NCBI GenBank assembly: GCA_002269645.1
Contig: NIVC01004915.1
Coordinates: 1-31,596, forward strand
Source of the DNA: Macrostomum lignano
Taxonomy: Eukaryota
DNA: 31,596 nucleotides
Direction: 5' to 3'
Shown: piece after piece, positions 12,339 through 23,744 of the stretch
Numbering within the stretch: position 1 is the first letter of the stretch
Layout of the letters: each line of letters opens with the position of its first letter
Position numbers and translations under genes: made by a program
Notes under the pieces: generated by a model
Database searches by the model: none
What the model saw: only the letters and a program-made list of their open reading frames with translations
Told to the model about the DNA's origin: nothing

Positions 12339-12945
12339 CGCGCTTTGCCCTACCGCCGCCGCAGGCTGCACCGCCCATCATCGCCGCATCATCGCCAATG
12401 GACGCCATCGCCGAATGCCGACCAGACGCCCTCAACCGGCGCCGCCGCCGACGCACTAGCAGGTAGGCGAGCGCCGCCGCAGTCAGCAGCATCAGCGAGG
12501 CTGTCAGTCCGGCCAGGAGGCCCAGCACAGCGCTGCCAGCGCTCCCGCCAGTGCCGTCGTTGAAGCCGAAGCCGCCTCCGCCAGCGGCCGACTGCAGCGG
12601 CGGCGCCAGGATCGGCGGCAAACCGCCGGACAGCCGGGACTTTGGCGGCTCGTCCAGCACCAGTAGGCCGATCTGGACGGTGGCGTTGAAGCGCTCAGGC
12701 AGGCCGCAGTCGAAGGCGGCAAGTCGCAGTCGGTGCCAGCCGAGGTCCGCGGGCATCTCAGCCTTCCTGGCCAGTCTCAGGCGGCCCGAATGCCGCTCTA
12801 GTTCGAACAGCGGCTTTTTCATGGACGGTGATTCCTTGCTTCTTGTAGCAGAAGATGCTGTAGAGTCTAGCGGTATGTTCACCTGATTGAGCAGTTTGTA
12901 CTCAACTCTGCCATTCTCCCCCTCATCCGGGTCCTGCGCAGCAGC
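12339..12945 (-). CDS. Protocadherin exon 3: rest of EC7, TM helix (AVLGLLAGLTASLMLLTAAALAYLLV), RRRRRR stop-transfer and start of the cytoplasmic tail
   Basis: Acceptor ttttttattgtcag|GCT (AG 12947-12946), phase 0, reading AAAQDPDEGENGRVEY in frame with ORF 12241-12882. Canonical donor CGCG|GTGAGT (GT 12338-12337), phase 1. 607 nt. Confidence 0.88.
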
Positions 12946-13029
12946 CTGACAATAAAAAAATGTTAAGGAAAAGTATTGTTGGTTTGTTCATATTCTGGCG
13001 TACGAAATTCAAACTGAAAAAATAAAAAT

Positions 13030-13300
13030 AGGGGTGGGCGATGGTCAACCAACCACTCCAGGCTGGACCTACGCCAACCCCCCCCCCCGGCAGTAGGAGG
13101 TAAGGAAAACTGGGGGTGGGGCGATGGTCAACCAACCACTCCAGGCTGGACCTACGCCAACCCCCCCCCCCCGGCAGTAGGGGGTAAGGAAAACTGGGGG
13201 GTGGGGCGATGGTCAACCAACCACTCCAGGCTCGGCCTACGCCAACCACCCGGCAGTAAGGGGTAAGGAAAACTGGGGGGTAGGGCGATGGTCAACCAAA
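13030..13300. repeat. ~79-85-bp G/C-tract tandem repeat, ~3.3 copies, in protocadherin intron 2
   Basis: ggcgatggtcaacc recurs at 13037, 13120, 13205 and 13284. Confidence 0.88.
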
Positions 13301-13555
13301 CACGCAAAGTGCACTTTTAGCAATGTACAATAGGGTGGAGACGATAAAGAGTGCATTAGATAAAGAAAACTGGGGGTTCGGGAATCAGCGCGAAAAGTAG
13401 GGGTGTAGGGCTGCTCCAATCTTTAAACAGATTAAAAATTGCAGTAGAAATTAATTGCCTTCGAAGTAGCCAGATATGCAGGATAATTTGCAGATAAGGC
13501 TTAATTTAGATCAGCCTCCGGTACTCAGAGGTGCATGGTACTCTATGTAACTCAC

Positions 13556-14848
13556 CTGCAGCACCAGGTGATCCTCGGGCTCGTGCACCGAGACAGTGTA
13601 GTTGGCCTCAGCAAAGGGGAACAGAAATCTGGGCGGGCAGTCATTTCTGTCCAGTATCTGGACGGTGACGCTGGCCGTGGATGTCAGACTGGGGTTGCCG
13701 TGGTCCCTGGCGAACAGCGGAAACACGAAGCTCGACCGCTGCTCTCGGTCGAAGCGCCGCTGGGTGACGATGGCGCCAGACTCGTGCACCAGGAAGGCGC
13801 CCGGCTCTCCGCCGAAGAAAGTCACCCGGCCGCCGTCGCCGCTGTCCGGATCGGCGCACCGGACAGGCCCAAGTTCGAGTCCGGGCGGCTCGTTCTCCTC
13901 CAACGAGAAGTCCAGCCGGCTCGGCAGCTGTGGCGCAACGTCGTTGACGTCGAGAATCTCCACGTTGACGGTGGCCGTGGCGGCCAGGGACACGGGGCGA
14001 CCGCAGTCCTCGGCCAGGATGCGCAGAGTGACGGAGGCGCGGCTCTCGCGGTCCAGCCGGCCAGCTACCCGGACGGCTCCGGTGACGGCATCCACGGCGA
14101 ACAGCCGGTCCTCGGCGTCGGACAGGAGCGGCAGCAGCCGGTAGACGACCCGCCCGTTCTCCCCAGCGTCCGCGTCCGTCGCCGTCACATTGGCGACAAT
14201 GCGGCCGCGGGGACTGTCCTCCGGCGTCGAGACGAACAGCTCGTGGGCGACCAGCACCGGCGGGTTGTCGTTGTCGTCCTCTACGGAGACGAGCAGCGGC
14301 AGGCGGGTCGCCAGGCCGCCACCATCGGTGCAGACGACCACCAAGGGGTGGACAGCGCTGAGCTCGCGGTCGAGCCTGGCCAGAGTGAGGATCTGGTAGA
14401 TGCCCAGCTGCTGGTCGAACTCGTGCACCTCAAACAGGTGCGACGGCTGCCGGTGCGCCGGGTTAAGTCCACAGCGGACGGTGCCATTGGCTCCGAGGTC
14501 CGGATCCTTGGCCGTGAAGGAAGCCACCACGGTGTGCGGCGGCCGGTTCTCTGCGACGCCCACGGGCCCGCCGGAGCCGGTCAGCTGCACGCTGGGCGCG
14601 TTGTCGTTAACGTCCAGCACGAGGAGTCGCAGCGAAGCGACACCGGTTTTTGGCGGCCGGCCGCCGTCAACGGCGCGGAGTTGTGCACGCAGCTCCGGCG
14701 TCGATTCTCGGTCGAGAGGCCGCTCCAGCCGCAGTCGGCCGCTGTCAGATTCGACGCTAATCAGGCGGCGAACTGCGGCCAGCGTGTCCGGCGCGAGCTG
14801 GTAGCTCACGCGGCCGTTTGCTCCATCGTCAGCGTCGTGGGCTCGAAC
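13556..14848 (-). CDS. Protocadherin exon 2: most of EC3, EC4, EC5, EC6 and start of EC7
   Basis: Cadherin Ca2+-binding motifs: LDRE/FDRE x4; DVNDNAP, DDNDNPP, DVNDVAP, DRNDCPP; DAD/DPD-G-NG. Acceptor cacaag|GTT (AG 14850-14849) and donor CAG|GTGAGT (13555). 1293 nt, phase 0/0. Confidence 0.95.
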
Positions 14849-14914
14849 CTTGTGAACGGCGATGAGTGATGTGTTGACACTTGATTCTTAAATGACCATT
14901 GAGATCATGAGAGA

Positions 14915-15260
14915 AACCCCTTGTGGTCTGTGGGCTGCCCCAACCCCCTCTTATCTGTGGACTGTTTCAACCCCCTTCTTATCTGTGGACTGTTTCAACC
15001 CCCTTCTTATCTGTGGACTGTTTCAACCCCCTTCTTATCTGTGGACTGTTTCAACCCCCTTCTTATCTGTAGACTGTTTCAACCCCTTTCTTATCTGTGG
15101 ACTGTTTCAACCCCCTTCTTATCTGTAGACTTTTTCAACCCCCTTCTTATCTGTGGGCTGCCCCAACCCCCTTCTTATCTGTGGGATGCCCTAACCCCCT
15201 TATCTGTGGGCTGCCAAAAACCCCTTCTTATCTGTGGACTGCCCCAGCGCCTCTTATAAT
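14915..15260. repeat. 28-bp minisatellite (ttatctgtggactgtttcaacccccttc), ~12 copies, in protocadherin intron 1
   Basis: Period 14951 to 14979 = 28. Confidence 0.92.
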
Positions 15261-15658
15261 AAGATAATGTATCAATAAGATTGTTTACTATCAATTAATT
15301 TTACCGCCAATCAGGTTTGTTGGCCAGACTGCCAATCAGCCTTTGTTGAAGTCACTTTCTTAGAAGTGAGCAAAGGAAATTAAGAGCAAAGTAGAGAGGG
15401 AAAAAGCTAACAAAGGCAATTAATGAGTTACAACTTTTGTATTAAGGCAATTATGGATATAAGAGTATAAACTTAGATATTACAAGCGTAGCTCATTATC
15501 AAAATATACTTGCAACAAACATGGGCTCAATCAGATCCAGGTGTTAGCTCTCTCCTGTGTCAACCCACTCGAGTGACCCCAGGACAATGCCAACAGGACA
15601 TCCCAACTATGCCAACCCACCATCCGAAGCAGACTCAGACTCAGCAGCAAATACCCAC

Positions 15659-16483
15659 CTGCATGAGGTTGGCGGCTGGCGAGTTCTCGGCCACCGCCAT
15701 CTCGTAGGTGTGCCTCTCAAACTCCGGAAAGCAGTCGTTGGCGTCCAGCACCGCCACATTCAGCTGCAGGTGTCCAAACCGTCGAGGCGCGTCGCCGAAG
15801 TCCGTAGCCGCCACAGTCAGGTTGTACTTTGCCAGGCGTTCTCGGTCTAGCGGCGCCGTTAACTTTAAGTACACCTGCGTTGCCGAGTCAAACTCGACGC
15901 TGAATTCTGTTGGCGACGTTTCCACCAGCGAGTAGGCGAGGCGGGCGTTCCGGCCGCTGTCGGCGTCCGTGGCGTGCGGAATCGCCCGCCTGGTGCCCGG
16001 CGGATCGGCCTCGCTGAACTGCAGTCGGTGTCGCGATGGCTCGAACACCGGCGAGTGATCGTTTACGTCCAGGACGCTGATCCGAACGCTGAACACCAAC
16101 ATGGGCTCCTCGAGCGGTTTCAGGATGCAGCTCAGCATCAGTTGGCAGTCAGCCGTGTCCGAGTCCGGACAGACGGCCTCCCGGTCGAGCCGGCGTACCA
16201 GCGTCAGGTCGTAGCGAATCGCAGCGCCGTTGCCATGTCCGCCTATCGATTTTTTCACCCGAAAGTGCTGCCGGAAGTCGGGCCGGTGCAGAAGAAATTC
16301 CACAGAACGGCGAGTCAGAGCCGCCTGGCTGAGCTGGTCGCCCAGCCGCAGGTCGGCCACAAGGTCTCCAATAATTAGCGGCCCGTCCGTCTCCTCGGCA
16401 ACTGAATAGCTCACGTTGTACCGGGCTTGTATCGCCGGCCATGGCAGCAAAGCAAGCAGCAAAAGCAACGGAGACGCCGGCAT
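15659..16483 (-). CDS. Protocadherin first coding exon: signal peptide, EC1, EC2 and start of EC3
   Basis: ATG at 16483 followed by a hydrophobic leader (MPASPLLLLLALLPWPAIQA). EC1 has LDREAVC...C, the protocadherin-type cysteine pair, then DVNDHSP and DANDCFP. Donor CAG|GTGGGT (15658). 825 nt, phase 0. Confidence 0.94.
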
Positions 16484-16630
16484 CGCGTCGTTGTCTGCTT
16501 CTGGGCACTCGGTCGGCGCTGTGTGAGCATTTTTGTTTTAATGAACTGTAATTTCCTGTGGAAGCTTATGTTCAACATTTATATACAGTAACAAGTGGTG
16601 CCATGGGAAAGACAGAGCCTAACTTTGTTG

Positions 16631-16945
16631 CGTGGGGTGGGTGTTATTTGAAGAGTCCGCGGCGTGGGGTGGGTGTTATTTGAAGAGTCCGCGGCGTGGG
16701 GTGGGTGTTATTTGAAGCGTCCGCGGCGTGGGGTGGGTGTTATTTGAAGAGTCCGCGGCGTGGGGTGGGTGTTATTTGAAGCGTCCGCGGCGTGGGGTGG
16801 GTGTTATTTGAAGCTTCCGCGGCGTGGGGTGGGTGTTATTTGAAGCGTCCGCGGCGTGGGGTGGGTGTTATTTGAAGCATCCACGGCGTGGGTTGGGTGT
16901 TATTTAAAGCGTCCGCGGCATGGTTTGGGTGTTATTTGAAATCTT
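16631..16945. repeat. 32-bp minisatellite (cgtggggtgggtgttatttgaagagtccgcgg), ~9.5 copies
   Basis: Period 16631 to 16663 = 32; no spacers. Confidence 0.93.
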
Positions 16946-18777
16946 CGCGGATTGGGGTGGTTGGTTGGGCATTTGGGTTGGGAATGAAGCAATAAAAGTG
17001 CTTCGCTTAAGGTCTCGACTCTGTGCCAAGCAAAATAAGAAGGCTGAAGCCCTGCTACAACCGCAAGCTGAGCTGTTTCCCCCAAAGCGAAAGGCAAACG
17101 AACGACCGCCTGTCCATCGGCTCCGATTGATGCGCTTGGTCTGACTGATTTGGTCATGCGATATCCTTTAAGACAAAATGGTCTTTTTTCTACGCCGAAC
17201 ATGAGCAAATAATAAACGTATCGTTTTGGAGTCCCTCGCTGCAAATGAAGCAGAAAGACAACAAAAACGGCGGAGTTGAACAGCCTCCAAGCTAGCGCTA
17301 CGCTGTCTTTCCGTGTACCGCTTCCGCAGAGCTGATCATTCAGATGCTTCTGTCTCGGAATTTGCCAAGTGGCAACAGGTCTCTCAAGCACCCCTGCAAC
17401 CCCCAGCCCTCGCCCGCCGCCCAGCTCAGCTTCCTAGCGACGAGAAGCCGCGGCCCAAGGAGGAAACCTAATACTGTTTGGCAGAGCGCGGGCTCTCCTT
17501 TGTCGCCAAGCCTAATTTTGCCTGACTTCTCTGCGTACCTGAGGGAGGACCGGGGGCCACGCCCGGGTGCTGTTTGAGGCGCGGGGTTTGCAGGTGGAGA
17601 TGAGGGGGGCGGGATAAAGCAAAATGGGCCAATTTGTCAAATAGTTCCCCGTTCTGTGCCCATGCTGAGAAGCTCTGAACCGACTACTTAAATTCTGATG
17701 TCGACTTCCCTCTCGCAATTTCCCAGTGCGTTAGATCGGGTAAATTCTGAGTAAGAGGGTGTCTGCTGGCAAGAATAAAAACACGGCCACTTGAGCAGAG
17801 CAAGCAGCTACCTCTGAGCTGGAGTGGCAGAGTGACAACTCTCAGGCATCAGCAGAGGCTTAAAGCACCTTAGCCTGGAGTGAGCGGATCCGTGTTTACG
17901 CAGCCCCAGACTCCTTGACGGAAGCGGCTGGTCCGTACCCTGCCAGAGAGCAAAAAACTGAGCGACTTCAGAGATGGAGCAGAACTTCTCTAGGCACTTT
18001 TTCTCCGCAGCATCAAAAAAGTGTCAGAAGTTGCCTGCCTTGGGCATATCAGAGAGGCGGCCAACTGTTAACAATGCAATTTAGCTCTACAAAAAGGTCA
18101 GGAACAGCAGATTCTGCTCATGCAGTTTTGGCCAGCTGGCTGGGAAACTGGCTCTGCCGCAGGAAAGGTGCTGCTGCCTTGTTAATTCTCATTCTCCAAC
18201 AACTCCTCATCAGGGAAATCTGAGCTCATCATTTGTGGGATGCAAAGAAATGCTTTTTGGCTCCAGCTGAAAGGAGATGAAATCCCCAGAAATGAAGTTG
18301 CTTTGAAGTTGCTGCATCGAGAGGCGGCATGGTGGGAGTTGAGACCCCTGCTGTCCCCAGCTCACCCTATCAAGTGTTTGGAGCTTATCCTAACAAAACT
18401 TTACCACCAGCCAGTCCGACCCTCCGCTCTCCGGTGGGGCAAAAATCAATAATTATTATCAGCCAATTAAGCTGCTCGAGAGCCCTGCGAGTTTACCTTT
18501 GGACTTTTTTTTTGTCGACTGCGACTGGGCGATGGAGTGGCTGAGGCCTGAGTTTCAAGGGGCCGATTTTATCTCCCCTCCGCTCTCAGAATCTTTCCAA
18601 GCGATGAAGCGGAGGCGCGGGGTGGGGGCCCGAGAGTCCACTCGATTGGATTGAATCGGAAATTGGCAGCTCGCTGCTTCTGGAAGCAGCTGACTAGACA
18701 ATAACCGGCCGGGGTGGCGCCCGTTCCAGCCTAGCCGCTCCTCTGCTCACCGGTGCTGAACTGCGGTGTGGCCTTGT

Positions 18778-20015
18778 TGGGCGCCAATCTGGAGTGTGAG
18801 GGGCGCCAGCTGGGGAGTGAGGGGCGCCAAACTGGGGAGTGAGGGGCGCCAAACTGGGGAGTGAGGGGCGCCAAACTGGGGAGAGAGGGGCGCCAGCTGG
18901 GGAGTGAGCTAGGCGCCAGCTGGGGAGTGAGGGGCGCCAGCTGGGGAGTGAGGGGCGCCAGCTGGGGAGTGAGGGGCGCCAGCTGGGGAGTGAGCTAGGC
19001 GCCAGCTGGGGAGTGAGGGGCGCCAGCTGGGGAGTGAGGGGCGCCAAACTGGGGAGTGAGGGGCGCTAGCTGGGGAGTGAGGGGCGCCAAACTGGGGAGT
19101 GAGGGGCGCTAGCTGGGGAGTGAGGGGCGCCAAACTGGGGAGTGAGGGGCGCCAGCTGGGGAGAGAGAGGCGCCAAACTGGGGAGTGAGGGGCACCAGCT
19201 GGGGAGAGAGAGGCGCCAAACTGGGGAGTGAGGGGCGCCAGCTGGGGGGTGAGGAGCGCCAGCTGGGGAGAGAGGGGCGCCAGCTGGGGAGTGAGGGGCG
19301 CCAGCTGGGGAGTGAGGGGCGCCAAACTGGGGAGTGAGGGGCGCAAGCTGGGGAGAGAGGGGCGCCAAACTGGGGAGTGAGGAGCGTCAGCTGTGGAGAG
19401 AGGGTCGCCAGCTGTGGAGAGAGGGTCGCCAGCTGGGGAGAGAGGGGCGCCAAACTGGGGAGAGAGGGGCGCCAAACTGGGGAGAGAGGGGCGCCAAACT
19501 GGGGAGAGAGGGCGCCAAACTGGGGAGAGAGGCGCGCAAAAATGGGGAGAGAGGGGCGCCAAACTGGGGAGTGAGGGGCGCAAGCTGGGGAGAGAGGGGC
19601 GCCAAACTGGGGAGTGAGGGGCGCCAAACTGGGGAGTGAGGGGCGCCAAACTGGGGAGTGAGCTAGGCGCCAGCTGGGGAGTGAGCTAGGCGCCAGCTGG
19701 GGAGTGAGCTAGGCGCCAGCTGGGGAGTGAGCTAGGCGCCAGCTGGGGAGTGAGCTAGGCGCCAGCTGGGGAGTGAGCTAGGCGCCAGCTGGGGAGTGAG
19801 CTAGGCGCCAGCTGGGGAGTGAGCTAGGCGCCAGCTGGGGAGTGAGCTAGGCGCCAGCTGGGGAGTGAGCTAGGCGCCAGCTGGGGAGTGAGCTAGGCGC
19901 CAGCTGGGGAGTGAGCTAGGCGCCAGCTGGGGAGTGAGCTAGGCGCCAGCTGGGGAGTGAGCTAGGCGCCAGCTGGGGAGTGATGGGCACCAGCTGGGTG
20001 GGGAGTGAGGGGCGC
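18778..20015. repeat. G-rich 21-23-bp minisatellite (gtgaggggcgcca[g/aa]ctgggga), ending in ~14 identical 23-bp units
   Basis: Seen directly; period 19681 to 19704 = 23. Confidence 0.95.
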
Positions 20016-20269
20016 TAGCAGAGCTCAGACAGAGTTCAGTCAATTTGATGCAGGGATGCTGGCAAAGAAAAAAGGCGCGGTTCCATTTCGGGATAAAAAT
20101 CAAAATGCACATAGGCTGCTTGAAAGTAAAAAAGATTAACCAAAAAACCAAGGTGTCCCCTGTCAGACTGCTGAGCCTGTCTCTAAACATTTCAATTTTT
20201 GACCTAGTTGAAATACGAACTGCTCCACAGACTTGAGTACAGTGACCTATCCACAGACTTGAACTCTGA

Positions 20270-22548
20270 TTCTTCAGGAGTGCCTCAGCTCCCTCCTCAG
20301 ATTATTCAGGAGTGCCTCAGCTTCCGTCCCAGATGGTTCAGAAGTGCCTCAGCTCCCGTCCCAGATTGTTCAGGAGTGCCTCAGCTCTCTCTCCCAGATT
20401 GTTCAGAAGTGCCTCAGCTCCCTTCCAAGATTGTTCAGAAGTGCCTCAGCTCCCTTCCAAGATTGTTCAGAAGTGCCTCAGCTCCCTTCCAAGATTGTTC
20501 AGAAGTGCCTCAGCTCCCTTCCAAGATTGTTCAGAAGTGCCTCAGCTCCCTTCCAAGATTGTTCAGAAGTGCCTCAGCTCCCTTCCAAGATTGTTCAGAA
20601 GTGCCTCAGCTCCCTTCCAAGATTGTTCAGAAGTGCCTCAGCTCCCTTCCAAGATTGTTCAGAAGTGCCTCAGCTCCCTCCAGATTGTTCAGGAGTGCCT
20701 CAGGTCCCTCCCCAGAATGTTCAGGAGTGCCTCAGCTCCCTCCCCAGAATGTTCAGGAGTGCCTCAGGTCCCTCCCCAGATGTTCAGGAGTGCCTCAGGT
20801 CCCTCCCAGAATGTTCAGGAGTGCCTCAGGTCCCTCCTCAGATTATTCAGGAGTGCCTCAGCTTCCCTCCCAGATGGTTCAGAAGTGCCTCAGCTCCCTT
20901 CCAAGATTGTTCAGAAGTGCCTCAGCTCCCTTCCAAGATTGTTCAGAAGTGCCTCAGCTCCCTTCCAAGATTGTTCAGAAGTGCCTCAGCTCCCTTCCAA
21001 GATTGTTCAGAAGTGCCTCAGCTCCCTTCCAAGATTGTTCAGAAGTGCCTCAGCTCCCTTCCAAGATTGTTCAGAAGTGCCTCAGCTCCCTTCCAAGATT
21101 GTTCAGGAGTGCCTCAGGTCCCTCCCCAGAATGTTCAGAAGTGCCTCAGCTCCCTTCCAAGATTGTTCAGGAGTGCCTCAGCTCCCTTCCAAGATTGTTC
21201 AGAAGTGCCTCAGCTCCCTTCCAAGATTGTTCAGAGTGCCTCAGCTCCCTTCCAAGATTGTTCAGAAGTGCCTCAGGTCCCTCCCCAGAATGTTCAGGAG
21301 TGCCTCAGCTCCCTCCCCAGATTGCTCAGGAGTGCCTCAGCTCCCTCCCCAGATTGTTCAGGAGTGCCTCAGGTCCCTCCCCAGATTGTTCAGGAGTGCC
21401 TCAGCTCCCTCCCCAGAATGTTCAGAAGTGCCTCAGCTCCCTCCCCAGAATGTTCAGGAGTGCCTCAGCTCCCTCCCCAGATTGCTCAGGAGTGCCTCAG
21501 CTCCCTCCCCAGATTGTTCAGGAGTGCCTCAGGTCCCTCCCCAGATGTTCAGGAGTGCCTCAGCTCCCTCCCCAGAATGTTCAGGAGTGCCTCAGCTCCC
21601 TCCCCAGAATGTTCAGGAGTGCCTCAGCTCCCTCCCCAGATTGCTCAGGAGTGCCTCAGCTCCCTCCCCAGATTGTTCAGGAGTGCCTCAGCTCCCTCCC
21701 CAGAATGTTCAGGAGTGCCTCAGCTCCCTCCCAGAATGTTCAGGAGTGCCTCAGCTCCCTCCCCAGATTGCTCAGGAGTGCCTCAGCTCCCTCCCCAGAT
21801 TGTTCAGGAGTGCCTCAGCTCCCTCCCCAGATTGTTCAGGAGTGCCTCAGCTCCCTCCCCAGATTGTTCAGGAGTGCCTCAGCTCCCTCCCCAGAATGTT
21901 CAGGAGTGCCTCAGCTCCCTCCCCAGATTGCTCAGGAGTGCCTCAGCTCCCTCCCCAGATTGTTCAGGAGTGCCTCAGGTCCCTCCAGATTGTTCAGGAG
22001 TGCCTCAGCTCCCTCCCCAGAATGTTCAGGAGTGCCTCAGCTCCCTCCCCAGAATGTTCAGGAGTGCCTCAGCTCCCTCCCCAGATTGTTCAGGAGTGCC
22101 TCAGCTCCCTTCCAGATTGTTCAGAGTGCCTCAGCTCCCTTCCAAGATTGTTCAGGAGTGCCTCAGCTCCCTCCCCAGAATGTTCAGGAGTGCCTCAGCT
22201 CCCTCCCCAGAATGTTCAGGAGTGCCTCAGGTCCCTCCCCAGATGTTCAGGAGTGCCTCAGGTCCCTCCCCAGAATGTTCAGGAGTGCCTCAGGTCCCTC
22301 CCCAGAATGTTCAGGAGTGCCTCAGGTCCCTCCCCAGAATGTTCAGGAGTGCCTCAGGTCCCTCCCCAGAATGTTCAGGAGTGCCTCAGGTCCCTCCCCA
22401 GAATGTTCAGGAGTGCCTCAGGTCCCTCCCAGAATGTTCAGGAGTGCCTCAGGTCCCTCCAGAATGTTCAGGAGTGCCTCAGCTCCCTCCCAGAATGTTC
22501 AGGAGTGCCTCAGCTCCCTCCCAGAATGTTCAGGAGTGCCTCAGGTCC
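20270..22548. repeat. 32-bp minisatellite (cagaagtgcctcagctcccttccaagattgtt), ~70 copies
   Basis: Seen directly. Stop-free on the plus strand, hence three parallel 758-793-aa spurious ORFs. Confidence 0.96.
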
Positions 22549-22674
22549 TGCTACTTTATGCAGCTGTTTTCATGCCTGCCTGCTTCTAAAGCAAAAGACT
22601 TATGCGCACTCACAGTTTAGTAGTGCCTGATGCAGGCCACTGGCTGAGCAGCGAGGGCGACGCGATTTGAGAGC

Positions 22675-23328
22675 AGGCGACATTGAGAGACGAGCAGACA
22701 TTGCAGCAGAGACATTGAGACAGGCAGACATTGAGACAGGCAGACATTGAGACAGGCAGACATTGAGACAGGCAGACATTGAGACAGGCAGACATTGAGA
22801 CAGGCAGACATTGAGACAGGCAGACATTGAGACAGGCAGACATTGAGACAGGCAGACATTGAGACAGGCAGACATTGAGACAGGCAGACATTGAGACAGG
22901 CAGACATTGAGACAGGCAGACATTGAGACAGGCAGACATTGAGACAGGCAGACATTGAGACAGGCAGACATTGAGACAGGCAGACATTGAGACAGGCAGA
23001 CATTGAGACAGGCAGACATTGAGACAGGCAGACATTGAGACAGGCAGACATTGAGACAGGCAGACATTGAGACAGGCAGACATTGAGACAGGCAGACATT
23101 GAGACAGGCAGACATTGAGACAGGCAGACATTGAGACAGGCAGACATTGAGACAGGCAGACATTGAGACAGGCAGACATTGAGACAGGCAGACATTGAGA
23201 CAGGCAGACATTGAGACAGGCAGACATTGAGACAGGCAGACATTGAGACAGGCAGACATTGAGACAGGCAGACATTGACAGGCAGACATTGAGACAGGCA
23301 GACATTGAGACAGGCAGACATTGAGACA
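22675..23328. repeat. Near-perfect 16-bp minisatellite (gacattgagacaggca), ~40 copies
   Basis: Period 22741 to 22757 = 16; degenerate units at the left edge. Confidence 0.96.
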
Positions 23329-23744
23329 GCGCTGGTTTAGCGTGTCAGCCAGCGACAGAAAACACTGTCAGAGCATTCTCAATCCCCGCCAGCTGAAGTG
23401 CCTGCAATATAATATCCTAAAATAGTTGTCAGGGGGCCGCGAGCCCCGCCCGCACCCACCAACTCGAGAATCGAGTGGTTTCAGGGGCAGTGGGGTGATC
23501 CACGCTGCACGCCACAGAATCGTGGCAACGCCGTAACTGCCGCAATTCCGACAAATCCCAACTGTGCACTTGGCGAGGGGAAATGAAAGGGGAGTTTACG
23601 GAAGAGCACGAGAGAGTATGGCTTGTGACAGCTGCTGTGTTGTTGTGCGACTCCCGGGCCGGCTGTTGTCTCTTCCTCTCTGCAAGTCGCATGGGCTTCA
23701 AAATCCCCTGCCGCTGCCCCCTCTTCTCGCCTCACCACTGCGTT

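Larger units (their letters stand above)
4368..16483 (-). other. Protocadherin gene model with 7 EC repeats (delta-1-like count): join(16483-15659, 14848-13556, 12945-12339, 4657-4368), 1004 aa if the proximal acceptor is used
   Basis: All splice junctions are GT-AG and phase-compatible. Seven EC repeats counted by motif. The last exon assignment is inferred. Confidence 0.75.

Noticed and set aside
13535-14869. 444-aa plus-strand ORF and other antisense ORFs over the cadherin and kinase exons
   Set aside because: They are shadow ORFs of GC-rich coding sequence on the opposite strand.
16631-16945. 32-bp direct repeats as a CRISPR array (also 28068-28605 and 30795-31590)
   Set aside because: The units are head-to-tail with no unique spacers, there are no cas genes, and the context is eukaryotic.
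18673-18690. Short hairpin gctgcttc-tg-gaagcagc
   Set aside because: An isolated 8-bp stem with no ncRNA or terminator context.
20208-22630. Three 758-793-aa plus-strand ORFs
   Set aside because: All three frames are open only because the 32-bp unit has no stop. The unit is not a multiple of 3, and there are no domain or splice signals.
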